From: Octopus sinensis
Taxonomy: Eukaryota
Direction: 5' to 3'
Assembly: GCF_006345805.1 (NCBI RefSeq)
Contig: NC_042999.1
Location: 73,036,001-73,100,000 of the forward strand
DNA: 64,000 nt
A program made the translations under genes and the position numbers. The notes beneath the pieces are model-generated. The model saw only the letters and a program-made list of their open reading frames with translations, had not been told where the DNA came from and searched no databases. Of the stretch, positions 38,751-50,217 are shown one piece after another (position 1 is the stretch's first letter; the number at the start of each line of letters is the position of its first letter).

Positions 38751-39187
38751 ATCATCATCCTCATTATTATTATTATGTTGTTTGTTGCTGCTGTTGTGTT
38801 TTTTCCCGGTGTCGTTTTTTGTTGTTGTCAAGGTTTCCTCCCTCCACCGTCCGTCCGTCTAATTTCAAATTTTATCCATATCAGTGAACTTATAGTGATG
38901 CATGCCGTAAGCTTTTTGATTGCGTCCATACGTACACATAAATACATTCATTTGTGTGCATGTGTACTTGCGCACGCGCGCGCTTTACGTGCTTGCGTAT
39001 GTGAGAATGCGTGCGTGTGTGTGACTAGACGCACAGGAACATCACAAGCAACATTATTTCAATTCATCTAACTGAGACAGTTATTCATTGGGCGCGTTCT
39101 ACTACTAATTAGAAATTAGTTGAAGCTATGACCAATATCTGTGACACACACACATACATACACACGCACACATTTATGTACATATAC

Positions 39188-39233
<46 letters not shown>

Positions 39234-39240
39234 TATATAT

Positions 39241-39287
<47 letters not shown>

Positions 39288-39820
39288 TATATATATATGT
39301 ATGTATGTATGTATTTGCATATGTATATTCGAATGACTCCGAAATACGCCTTGTAATCATGAAATTGCGAGTTCTATTTCTATGTAGTAACATAGCATCT
39401 TGGACGAATGCGTGAGTGAGATTATGGAGACGCGAATTATTACACGACCCTGTCGTATGTGATGTCCTGGTAACTCAAAAGGTACATACTGTGTTACACT
39501 GACACACCGGAAGTTAAGAAGCAGGTAAGTCAGCTGATTGAAAACCAACAGAGAAACATCCATCAATGTATGTATGTATGTATGTATGTATGTATGTATG
39601 TATGTATGTATGTATGTATGTATGTATGTATGTGTATATGTGTAGGTATATCAAAAAATAAAGAATCACCCACTTTTGCCAGTTGAGTAGACCAGAGCAA
39701 CGTGAAATGATGTGTTTTCCTCAAGAACGTAACTCATTGCCCGGTCCAGAAATTGAAACCACAACCTTGCAGTTATGAGTACAACACCTTTACTTAGCCA
39801 CGCATCTCCACATACATAAG

Positions 39821-39910
<90 letters not shown>

Positions 39911-40018
39911 ATATATATATAACGGGAAGCTTTATGAAAATTAACAAAAGACGAAGGCAGGTGGAGTACAAACAAACAATTGTATTAGTATGGCGCTCAG
40001 GAATATGAATAAAACAAG

Positions 40019-40056
40019 TCTTTTATGTTTCGAGCCTACGCTCTTCAACAGAAAGA
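40019..40056 (-). ncRNA. Minimal Type I hammerhead-like motif, variant and probably inactive, in a Penelope-like terminal fragment (about 39921-40070)
   Basis: TCTTT-CTGTTGA-A-GAGC/GTAG/GCTC-GAAAC-ATA-AAAGA. Stems I and II pair; core has A6U; ACAT replaces the palindromic ACGT of stem III. Confidence 0.55.
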
Positions 40057-40385
40057 TACACAGAAAAGAAACATATATATATACATATATATATATATAT
40101 ATGTCTGTGTGTGTGTGTATTTACAGACGCACATGACCTGGGCATGACTTTGCATCCGTTACTGGAGTCCCAGTACAGGAATTTTCGGTTTTGAGGAATG
40201 TGGAATCACCCCTTAGCCACTGGTGTTATATAGCTGGTTGCACTGAAAGGTAGAGTCAGTGCTATGCAACGCGTTATCCACTCAAAACAAATTCACGCAC
40301 AGGAACTTCTTGGACTCTTGGAACACTTGAGTTGCTTAGACTCACACGGTTACGAGTTGACATATATATATATATATTTATTTAT

Positions 40386-40490
40386 TACTGGTGAAGGCCG
40401 GTTTATAGGGTTATCCTGGGTTTCCCGCCATAAAAGTACCATTTATGGCGAGAAACCCAGGGTAACCCTATAAACCGGCATTCACCAGTA
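40386..40490. mobile_element. Short hairpin MITE (49-bp arms, 7-nt loop, TA termini)
   Basis: 40386-40434 vs reverse complement of 40442-40490: 46/49 match. Confidence 0.8.
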
Positions 40491-40668
40491 CTAAATATAG
40501 ACTGCTCTACTGTTTGCTTAGAGTGTGCTTCTTCTCCAGGTTTATGCTTTTCTAAAAAAAAAACTATATATATATATATATAATGGCGGTGCCCCAGCAT
40601 GGCCACAGCTCATTAGCTGAAACTGGAAAAATCAAATCAAAATCAAAATCATATACATATACATATAC

Positions 40669-40766
<98 letters not shown>

Positions 40767-40866
40767 TATATATATATATATATTATTATTATATGTAGAA
40801 AATACAAACTGGGACAAGAACGTAAAACATTTAGAAGACGATACGTCCCAGTTTGTATTTTTCTAC

Positions 40867-40967
<101 letters not shown>

Positions 40968-41155
40968 CATATATATATATACACATATGTACCTGTGAAT
41001 TGATTTAGAAAAATATATTTAAGTGTAAATAATTATGTCTGTGTACATGTGTCTGTGTATATGTGTGCGCGCTCGCATGAGTATGCGCGTAAATATGTAT
41101 AAATTAGCTGTTAGACGAAGTGTTGTTAAGTGTTGTTTTTCTCCTTGCTACTTAC

Positions 41156-41362
41156 CTCATAGAATGACAGTATACCAGCTTCGTTTGTTTGAGGGCCTGG
41201 TCGTCCTCCTCTATCTGCAGATACGTTTGATCTTACTGCTGGGGCGCGTATGCCATTCACTGCTGGATTAGCTAGAGTAAAACTCATACCATACGTAGCA
41301 ATACCTACAATCAAACGGTCACGTGGCATGCCCTGCCTGAGCCAAAAATTTATGGACCAAAC
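41156..41362 (-). CDS. GH18 chitinase exon (start of chitinase insertion domain)
   Basis: VWSINFWLRQGMPRDRLIVGIATYGMSFTLANPAVNGIRAPAVRSNVSADRGGRPGPQTNEAGILSFYE. 207 nt, AG/GTAAGT sites; overlaps ORF 41126..41329. Confidence 0.95.
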
Positions 41363-42459
41363 CTGGAAAGAAGAGAAAAATAAATGATAGAATTGAATTG
41401 ACTATATACTGAAAAATAAAGTTACCATCGTTTCTATAAAGTCCGCCGGGAATATGTTAAATTCGGAACGTAGACGATGTCGCTGATTCCAACCGAATTT
41501 TTCCGTATTAAACTTACAGAGAAAGGCTCAACCGAAACCTATTTTTCTCCATCAGCTATTACCATAGAATAAAATGAATTTTATAGCGTATAGAATAATA
41601 TTAATTACAAGGGTAGTTGAGTTGGGTGCCATTCCGAAAGGCATATTTTTAAAATGCTGAATTAGTAAACCTTAATATAAAAAATTCCAATCCAGCTTAA
41701 CTGGAATGCATTTAAACCAGGAAATCACAGAGGTGGCATACAAGGAACCCAAGGATGTGTTTACCAATATTGGTTTCCTACATTGGCTCAAAACTTGAAA
41801 TGTGAAGAAGGAATATATTTTCTTTCCTCATCCACTCACGCAAAGTTATTAATATTCCTTAGCTCAATACTGATCAAACATGCTCATTTAAGCTATCTCA
41901 TATTTTTCAAGCATCCCGGTCTACATTACCCAATGTGTGAATGATTTGAGGGATAGTTGCCTGCTACTTTTAGCATGTCAAGCGACATCAAGATGTGCTG
42001 TCGTTGGCTCGTATACACAGTAAGCAACTTAATACTGCGAATTGTATTTCTATTATCTTACTTTCGTAATTATAAGCAACACATGAAAGGTTTTACGAAC
42101 AACAACTACAACGGCGGCTGTACGGAAGGTAACTGTATCTACGGTCTGATTGGCACCAAGTAGCGTCTCTGGACATCTGCAAAATAGATGCGCAAAGTTG
42201 ATTGTAACAGCTGTTGCTGTTCGAAAATCAATCATTGTATTGTAACGACTGGTCATTACGATGCAATAAGCCAGTTTTAGCTAATATTGCACGTTGGTAC
42301 TGACGTAAAATATTTGCTGAAAGGGGAATGACAGACAGACAGGCAGAAAATTAGATAGATAGAAAGATAACTTTCTTTATTGGCCACACAGGGCTGGACA
42401 CAGAGGGGACAAATACAAGTGTAGAGCTTTTCTAGATATATAGATAAATAGATAGATAG

Positions 42460-42750
42460 ATTGATTGATAGATAGATAGGAGAGAGAAGGGAGAAAAAGA
42501 GACAGAAAATATATCGGAAGAAAGGACAGGGACCCAAGGTCAGGGAGTGAGTGAGTGAGTGAGAGAGAGAGACAGAGAGACAGGAAAAGGGATATAGAGA
42601 AAAGAGAAGAGGGAAGAGAGAGAAAAGGGAAACGAAAGAGAGAGAGAGAGAGAGAGAGAAGAGAGAGAAGAGAAAGAGGGAGAGAGCGTGAGAAAGAGAG
42701 AAACGAAAGCGAAGACAGATGAGAGAGAAGCGAGAGAGGCGAGAGAGGAG

Positions 42751-42792
<42 letters not shown>
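42460..42792. repeat. (GATA)n / (GA)n purine-rich tract
   Basis: Direct inspection. Confidence 0.9.
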
Positions 42793-42795
<3 letters not shown>

Positions 42796-42835
42796 GTGAC
42801 ATTCATATCTTTCAAAAACAGCTTTAGTAATTTAA

Positions 42836-43091
42836 CTCTTTTGTTACTATATTTCTGTTAGTTTACTTGAAAAAAAACAAAAAACAATTCAGTTATTACT
42901 AATATGGATTAGAATTATGCTCTGTGTTTCTTTCAATTAATTTTAAATATAACACTTAGTTATCATTAAGCTAGCGTTAAGAACAAATTGTGACTAAGGT
43001 TTGGCGGAAGATTTTAATTCAGAACTTTTGAAAACAAGACATTTGTACTGCAGAGCCAGAGGCGGCTTTAGCCGGGTTGGTATCAGAAGGG
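42836..43091. mobile_element. piggyBac-type MITE
   Basis: TTAA at 42832-42835 and 43092-43095; ends CTCTTTTGTTAC / GTATCAGAAGGG (9/12 inverted match). Confidence 0.65.
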
Positions 43092-43339
43092 TTAAAGAAG
43101 GAAAATTAGTAAGATGAGAAACCGCATTGTCAAGTGATAGCCGTCTGCTTTCTACTGTCCACTATGCAGTTATGTCTCAGTTTAGAAGTAGAGAGAAAGT
43201 GTGCAACCTGTGAACTGAGTCTATGTTCCGATCTTCTTTTTCCTTATACCAATATGAATTAATTTTACTATTTTATGTGATTTATGGTAATAATTCTTTT
43301 TGAAAAGACATGGATGACGCAGCATCACATTTTCGTCTT

Positions 43340-43473
43340 GTGTAGCCGTGTGGTTAGAAGATTGCTTCCCAGCCACATGGATCCAGGTTCAGTCCCATTG
43401 CTTACCACTTTGATCAAGTTGAACAAAACTTTGTGAGTGAATTTATCAAGCAGAAACTGAAAGAAGCCCGTCG

Positions 43474-43523
<50 letters not shown>

Positions 43524-43614
43524 TTTAGTAGAAGAAATAGCTATAACTCTTTGACTGCTATTTCTAAATTCGGTATGTGGTAAGGCAATTCGTTGCTAAA
43601 CCCTTTATTGCTTA

Positions 43615-43665
<51 letters not shown>

Positions 43666-43900
43666 CCTGTGCGTGTATGTGTATGTTTTCGTTCGTCCCC
43701 ATCACTGTTTGACGAACGGCGCTGGTTTGGTTACGTCCCGTAACTTAGTCGTTCGGCGTAAGAGACCGATTGAACATGTACCAGACTTGAAAAAGATAAA
43801 AGAAAAAAAAACAACATAAGTACTAGGGTCGATTCGTTTGACTAAAACCCTTCAAGGCGGTGTTTCAGTATGGCTGCAGGCCAATGATTGAAACAATTGG
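43340..43900 (+). mobile_element. Dominant SINE family copy with expanded (TA)n and a nested insert
   Basis: 5' half at 43340-43475, 3' half at 43680-43900; insert 43519-43614 lies between TA arrays. Confidence 0.7.
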
Positions 43901-46900
43901 GAATAACTGAAACTTGCATCTTTGTCAGAAGTTAAATAATAAACAGCTAAGGGTTGTATATTCAGTTCTCTACAGCTAAGGGTTGTATATTCAATCCCCT
44001 GCAAATGGCTGTATCGGTAAGATCTCGGACAAACAACTGAGAGATCAACTGATCCCAACACCGTCATTGTCACAATGTTGAGCCTTTGAGTGAGATGCTT
44101 AATTCTCGATGGTCCAGAACACTTGTTTTGAATAAATACCATTAGATAGCCAGCGTAAACAGCGGGAGTACTGTAAATTTAATGAGTGTTTTGTTTACTG
44201 ACAATGTTGAGATCAGGTCTTCATCTCAGCTTGACCTATAAATCAGTCACTAACAACACAACGCTACTTTCAGTTGAATCATCAGACGAGCAATTCCCTA
44301 TGTAGCTCTCGACTTGCTAGAAACAACAGTGAAATTCCTTTGGTTCACCTCTAACAATCTTAAAAATGAGAAGGACACTTCGAATAAGGTTGCTCCAAGC
44401 ATACTATTCCTGACAACAATATAGAATGGTGGTCATGGATAGGAAGACTTTGATCATAGATCTAATTGAGTAGATCTATGAGAACAACAACAAAATCAAC
44501 TGCATTTTATCTATAGTTTACACAAGTAATGAATGTTTCTTTTATTATGATTTAACAATTTTGGTGAAATTTCGGTATTAAACTGAACAGAATAAGTACA
44601 CATACATATGTACTCACATATACACACCAAGATAAGAAGATAAGGCATATATGATTTAAGGACGTCGTAAATTTTGGAAGACTGACAATACTCTTTACTA
44701 TGTGAATTACTGAGGTGCAGAGAGCAGTTTCAGCTGAGAATTTATCCAGTATCGCTAAGATTTTATGAATCGTGAACCATGAAACTTAAGAAACTTAAGA
44801 CATTCTATTCACACAGACGAAACTTAAGATGACATTCAGTTCGCACGGACGATGCTTAATCACCACTATTGTCTAATTCCTGACATGCCTATTTAATGTA
44901 AGGAATGTTGTCGCTGTCACAAGTAGATAGCCAGAACGTCAGAATGGTTACTTTGAAGCTAATTTAGCTTTCTCCCAAAAAAAAAGAAAGAAAGAAAAAA
45001 TTGCTAAAAATAAAATAAAACATTTTGAAACGAAGTTTCTGCAAAACTTTGCAGAGTTCCTCTTTGACAGTGAATAACGAAGCTGCCGCACTAATGGCGA
45101 GCAAGTGTCAAATCTCATTAATTGTCAAAACACTTAGAAACATTTCATTTTTTCTCTTTTTGCTGCGAGTACGATGGTTGCGAACATTAGCAGTTATAAA
45201 TATTTAACGATTTAACTAAGTTGAAAGATTTAAAATAGCAAATCATAAAACCATTTTAATGGCAATTATTAACGAATAAGTGTAAAGTAGTTGGGGGTAG
45301 GGTTGGTGGGGGGACATCATCATGATTCTATAATTCTGTAAGATGAAGACTAATATTGTATTTATGATTAAAATAGTGTAACAAATCGTGGTTTTCTTCA
45401 CACGATTGAAGCGTTCGGTGTAAGCACTATAATGGCTTTTAAATTGGAGGCAGAAGAAACACCTTTCATACTGGATCAAGAGGCGTTGCTGTCTTAAATT
45501 TACAGGGCCACATCAGAAATCTAAACAGTCTTATATTCTCTTCATAATAATTTCATATACTGGCAAGAAGCCACCGATCTCTTGATGAGGTTAGTATATT
45601 TAATCGAATGCCAAGTGTTTATTTCATTGAACCGGAACTATGAAAATAAAGTATGAAGAAAATAAAGACTCGTGAAAGTATTCGAGTAATCTAATTTTTC
45701 TGCTAACCCATCGCCTTTTTTTTTTTTGGTTCATATCAGTAGCCATTAGATAACCTTGTTGTGAGGGTATAGAAGAGTAACTAAAGGATCGGAAGTTCGT
45801 ATCATACCCTCGATGTTGTATTCTATATATCTACGGTTATGGCATTAATATCATCGACTCAGTCCACTTGGCTTGCTTCACAAAGCAGAACAAAGCATAA
45901 TAGATTTGACTAATACTTCATTGGCTGGAAAAAAACTGAAAACAAGACTTCCTGTAGAAACATCTTTAGTGTTTTCTTCCATGAGAGAAAACATTAACAA
46001 TGCAACTATTTTAAAACTCTTTCTCTACCCTCAGACTTAACTTGAAAACAAAGTAAATTATTTGATGTTAATTGATTTGAAATTTAGAAATATTCAAGTC
46101 GGTGAAGTGACGGCTTATAGAGCGAAGTGTCGTTAGTTCGTATTTTATTGGTGATTTTGGAGCAGCAAATGCATTCAACCATCAATGACCAATTTCGCTT
46201 AACTGGAGACAAACACGGGTTTCAAATTTTGGCACTTGGCCAGCAATTTCTAAGGATGGGGTGGGGTTAAGTCAATTACATCGACCCCCGTACTCGACTG
46301 GTACTTATTTTACTGACTCCGAATGGATGAAAGGTGAAGCCGTCTTCGGTGGAATTTGAACTCGGAAAGTAAAAACGGACGAAATGTCGCTAAGCATTTT
46401 GTCCGGCGTGCTAATGATTCTTTCAGCTTGCCACCTTGAAGGAGACAAATATTGGTAACGAAAATAGTCTAGCGCAGTAAAACAAAACAGTGAGAAAACT
46501 ATACAACTGATGAGTATTTCGATAGTTTTAGGTATGTGGTTAAGAAGTTTGCTTCGTAATCGCATGCTTCGAGTTTGGTTCCGCTGCGTATCACCTCAGG
46601 CAAGTATATTCTACTATAACCTGAGATTGACCAATAACTTGAAAGGGGAATATGGTACACCTAAACTGAATCTCGTCTTCAATACACACATCTATTGGTA
46701 CGTGTGTGTATGTAAATTTATATCTTTCGCTGACGTAAGCTAACAAACAATGAAACACCGACAAAAAGAAAAAAGAAAAAGAAAGATTCTTCGAAAAAGG
46801 TTCTTTGTGAGAACAAAGTATTTTGTACCCAGTTCTGGACATTCATTTGTCACCTCGTCAACGAATAATTGCTTGGTTTGACGGAAACATCTAACTATCG

Positions 46901-47529
46901 ACTCAAAATACAATATAAAATAAAACAATAAACTTCTCTAAAAATGAGTTTTACTTGTTGACTTACACTAAGTACAGTTAAATAAAAACAACGCCTGAAG
47001 TAGGACTCGAGCGACCGAATGAGTCATAAGTCTGCCCATCACGTTGTGGTTGTTGTTGTATAGCCCCAAGATAAATTCTGATCGAGCAGATCTAAAATTT
47101 AGGGAGTTTCATCCATGACCATCACATCTGTTTTTTGGCACAGTATATCTAAGACTATATTACCAAACACATATTACCAAAATGTGTTTTTAATGTATTC
47201 AGTATAGTAGGTTGTAAGTTGAAAAATATTTGGCTGTTATATCTTGGTAGAACGTCTCGGTACGTTAGAATTCGCGTCTCTTCTGTTGCATATAAATTTA
47301 TTCGCATTTGAGCCAGTGAAAGCGCTTCTAAGTGATCGACCGAAAGTGCAGAAAAATCTTCCTTAAATCACAAACTGCCACCTTATAAAAGGTACCCTAT
47401 CAAAGGTAAATAAACACTAATTGATGGCTGGTTCTCGGTTTCGACAACGAAGATACAACTGTTCAAGAGAATTAGCTGCTCATTTAATTAGGGTATAAAT
47501 GACTGAGCGTTTCCTCAGACACGTGTACC

Positions 47530-47758
47530 TATTTCTTTATTACCGACAAGGGGCTAAACATAGAGGGGACAAACAAGGACATACATAGGTATTAAGTCGA
47601 TTACATCGATCCCAGTGCGTAACTGGTGCTTGATTTATCGACCACAAAAGGATGAAAGGCAAGTCGACCTCGGCGGAATTTGAACTCAACATAACAGCAG
47701 ACGAAATACCGCAAAGCATTTCGCCCGGCGTGCTAACGCTTCGGCCAGCTCGCCGCCT
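47530..47758 (-). mobile_element. Full-length tRNA-derived SINE with 20-bp TSD
   Basis: TTTCCTCAGACACGTGTACC at 47510-47529 and 47759-47778. Confidence 0.9.
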
Positions 47759-48050
47759 TTTCCTCAGACACGTGTACCCATAACAAAATTCTGAGGCAGG
47801 ACCAGCGTGACGCGCTCTATAACAGAGCTGTACTTCTGAAATACAAGTGCAATCTCTCCTACTAGCTTCTATACAGTTTCTGTTAACTCAGTTTTACTTA
47901 CAAGAAATCGGTCAATCCGAGACTATTGAAGATGTCATTTGGTACGAAATTGCCAGGTAGTGGGATCGAATGATGGACTTCGTGGTTGAGAAGCAAGCGT
48001 CTTAAGCATTCGGTTATACTGCGTCTATACAGAAAAATCAGTGATACACA

Positions 48051-48118
48051 CCTGAGAGGGTATGAACCTTCAACCTTTTGGTCAACGGACTAACGCGCTA
48101 ACCGAGTGCGTTACAGAC
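48051..48118 (-). pseudogene. tRNA-Asn(GTT)-like pseudogene
   Basis: GTCTGTAACGCACTCGGTTAGCGCGTTAGTCCGTTGACCAAAAGGTTGAAGGTTCATACCCTCTCAGG aligns by eye to eukaryotic tRNA-Asn; anticodon GTT kept; stems mutated and 3' acceptor strand missing. Confidence 0.6.
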
Positions 48119-48174
48119 ATTTCATATGTTTCTATATGTGTTAATACACACTATAATAATATAAATCGTCTTAC

Positions 48175-48301
48175 CTGATTCAGTTGTGATTGTTCACCTG
48201 GAGGATCTGAGGCCGAACCGTACAGAGGGCTATGGTGTCCCGTTTGTTTCTCCCACAAACCGTGATAGTTGTAGGTCATCAAGAGCATGTAGTCAATATA
48301 T
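48175..48301 (-). CDS. GH18 chitinase exon (MTY[D/N]xHG motif)
   Basis: YIDYMLLMTYNYHGLWEKQTGHHSPLYGSASDPPGEQSQLNQ. Acceptor ctttctAG, donor GTAAGA; 127 nt, phase 2 to phase 0. Confidence 0.95.
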
Positions 48302-49518
48302 CTAGAAAGAAAGACAATGATAAATGTCAGTCTTAGAGAATCTGATTATTAAATATAATCACAGCGGTGGACAACCAGAATCGTTAGAATCTCGGACGAA
48401 ATGTTTGCGTCATTTAGTTCGTTCTTTTACTTTCTAAATGCAAATTCTTTCATCCCTCCGGGCTCGTTAAAGTAAAGTACCATTTAAGTACAGCCATCCT
48501 CGTTTATTATGGGTGTTTTTTTAAATACCATGTTAAATGGATCAGTGATAAATAAATAATAGAACAGATGGGGAAAATATAGGTTTCGTTCTGAGACCCC
48601 AAGTTGTCCTGAGCATTGCGGATGATCGCTGGGGTGCGCTGTTGCGGTCCAAGAGGATTTTTTAATTGACTATCGATAGTGTTATCACATATCAATTCGT
48701 GATAATTGTAACGTGGTTCACAATTGAGCGTACAGTGTTATCTCGGATCAGTGATGAGTGAATCAGCGATAAACGAGGATAGATGTTCTGAGGTCAATTC
48801 AATATTCTTATAAAGCAGCGTTTCTTAACTTTTTAGCATTATGGCTAATTTTTAAAAATCTATAGTTCTCTGCGATCCATTTTAAATATTTAAAGAAAAT
48901 ACATTTAACAATGCTTTTCAGGAATTTTGTAACCCGGATAGAGCTTTCGAAGTTCTGGAGCTGTATTTGTCTTGTAAGTGACTTGACCTGAAATAGTGTG
49001 TTGTAAATGAAGCAACTCTATCATGGAAGAACGATTCAAGTCATTTATCAACACACAAATACTGTTAAATTCGCTTTAAATGTATTTCTTGAAGCGTAAA
49101 ACTTTTCGTCACACATTTGCAACTTAGTTACTGACAGTTGTGCTGCAAATATAATACAATTTTCTAAAAATTTAATACATAACTTACGATAGTTTCCTTG
49201 GGGAGCTATTCTTTTTCTTTTATTTTTGATATATATTGTGTTGTAGCCTGTCTTATTTGTTAATATTTTAGATTTTATCAAATATTTTAAAAGTAAGGTT
49301 TGGCATTTTCAGAATTATACTGCAAAATCCCATTGGTTGGAACTGGCTGCTATAATGTCTACTAGGATTATAACTGAAGGCTAAGTCTTGAACAAAAAGT
49401 TTGAGAGTCTTTTTAGCGATTGCTAACATCGACATGAATCAATTCAGCCCAAGAGTATAATTGAAATTATGTTGACGAGAATGTAATCAATACTCTTTGA
49501 CGGAGTCATTTGACGAAT

Positions 49519-49704
49519 AAAACACGTGTATTGGTTCTATTTCACTTCTTTTTCATATTGTTAATCAACTAGATAGCTAATTAACCAATTAACCAATTAA
49601 CCAATTGGTTACTTAATCGCATGATAAATCAGTTGTCTTGTCAGAGTCCTTTAGGTGACTAACAATAATTTTTAAAAAGTGAAATAGAACCAGTGTGTGT
49701 GTTT
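49519..49704. mobile_element. Degenerate MITE (about 50-bp inverted arms) with internal (AATTAACC)3
   Basis: TGGTTCTATTTCACTT / AAGTGAAATAGAACCA core inverted match. Confidence 0.55.
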
Positions 49705-50075
49705 ATATTGGCAATATGTCCTTCTCATGAAACAATAACATATATTTATTTCAACACATGATTTCACTTCAAGAATTTTGCAAAACAAAACGCAAAAACG
49801 AAATTAATATTGTTTCATTTTTCTATAAGCTTAGCAACTTCAAACATTCAATATTACTTCTCCACAAAACGCACCAACAAATCTCACTTCTTGCTCTTAC
49901 TTTTGATTAAAAGGTACTTGATTTTATAAGTGATTTTAATAAATCAATTGCTCAATCAATTTCCTTATTTTTAAATTCCACAGTTGACTGAATAGAAGGT
50001 TCAGAAGAGTGAATCGCACCACGGGCGTTAGGATAGTGTCAACAGTCAAAACACTTTGTGATCCAGTCTAAATAA

Positions 50076-50217
50076 TGGTTTCAAATTTTGCCACAAGGGC
50101 AGTAGTTTTGGGAAGAGGATGAATCGATTACATCGATCCCAGTGTTCAACTGGTACTTATTTTATCGACCCCGAGAAGATGAAGGGCAAAGTTGACCTCG
50201 GTGGAATTTGAACTCAT
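50076..50217 (-). mobile_element. 5'-truncated SINE with 15-bp TSD
   Basis: ATCCAGTCTAAATAA at 50061-50075 and 50218-50232. Confidence 0.8.

Noticed and set aside
42062-42176. 115-nt segment bounded by ttttgcAG and GTAAG on the minus strand (ORF 42053..42256)
   Set aside because: No chitinase similarity. Its only open frame needs a phase-2 start while the upstream exon ends in phase 0, so inclusion would shift the frame. The flanking exons already join in frame. At most a cryptic exon.
45243-45479. PHQPYPQL resembling mariner PHPPYSPDL
   Set aside because: Single short motif, no TIRs or other transposase motifs recognised.
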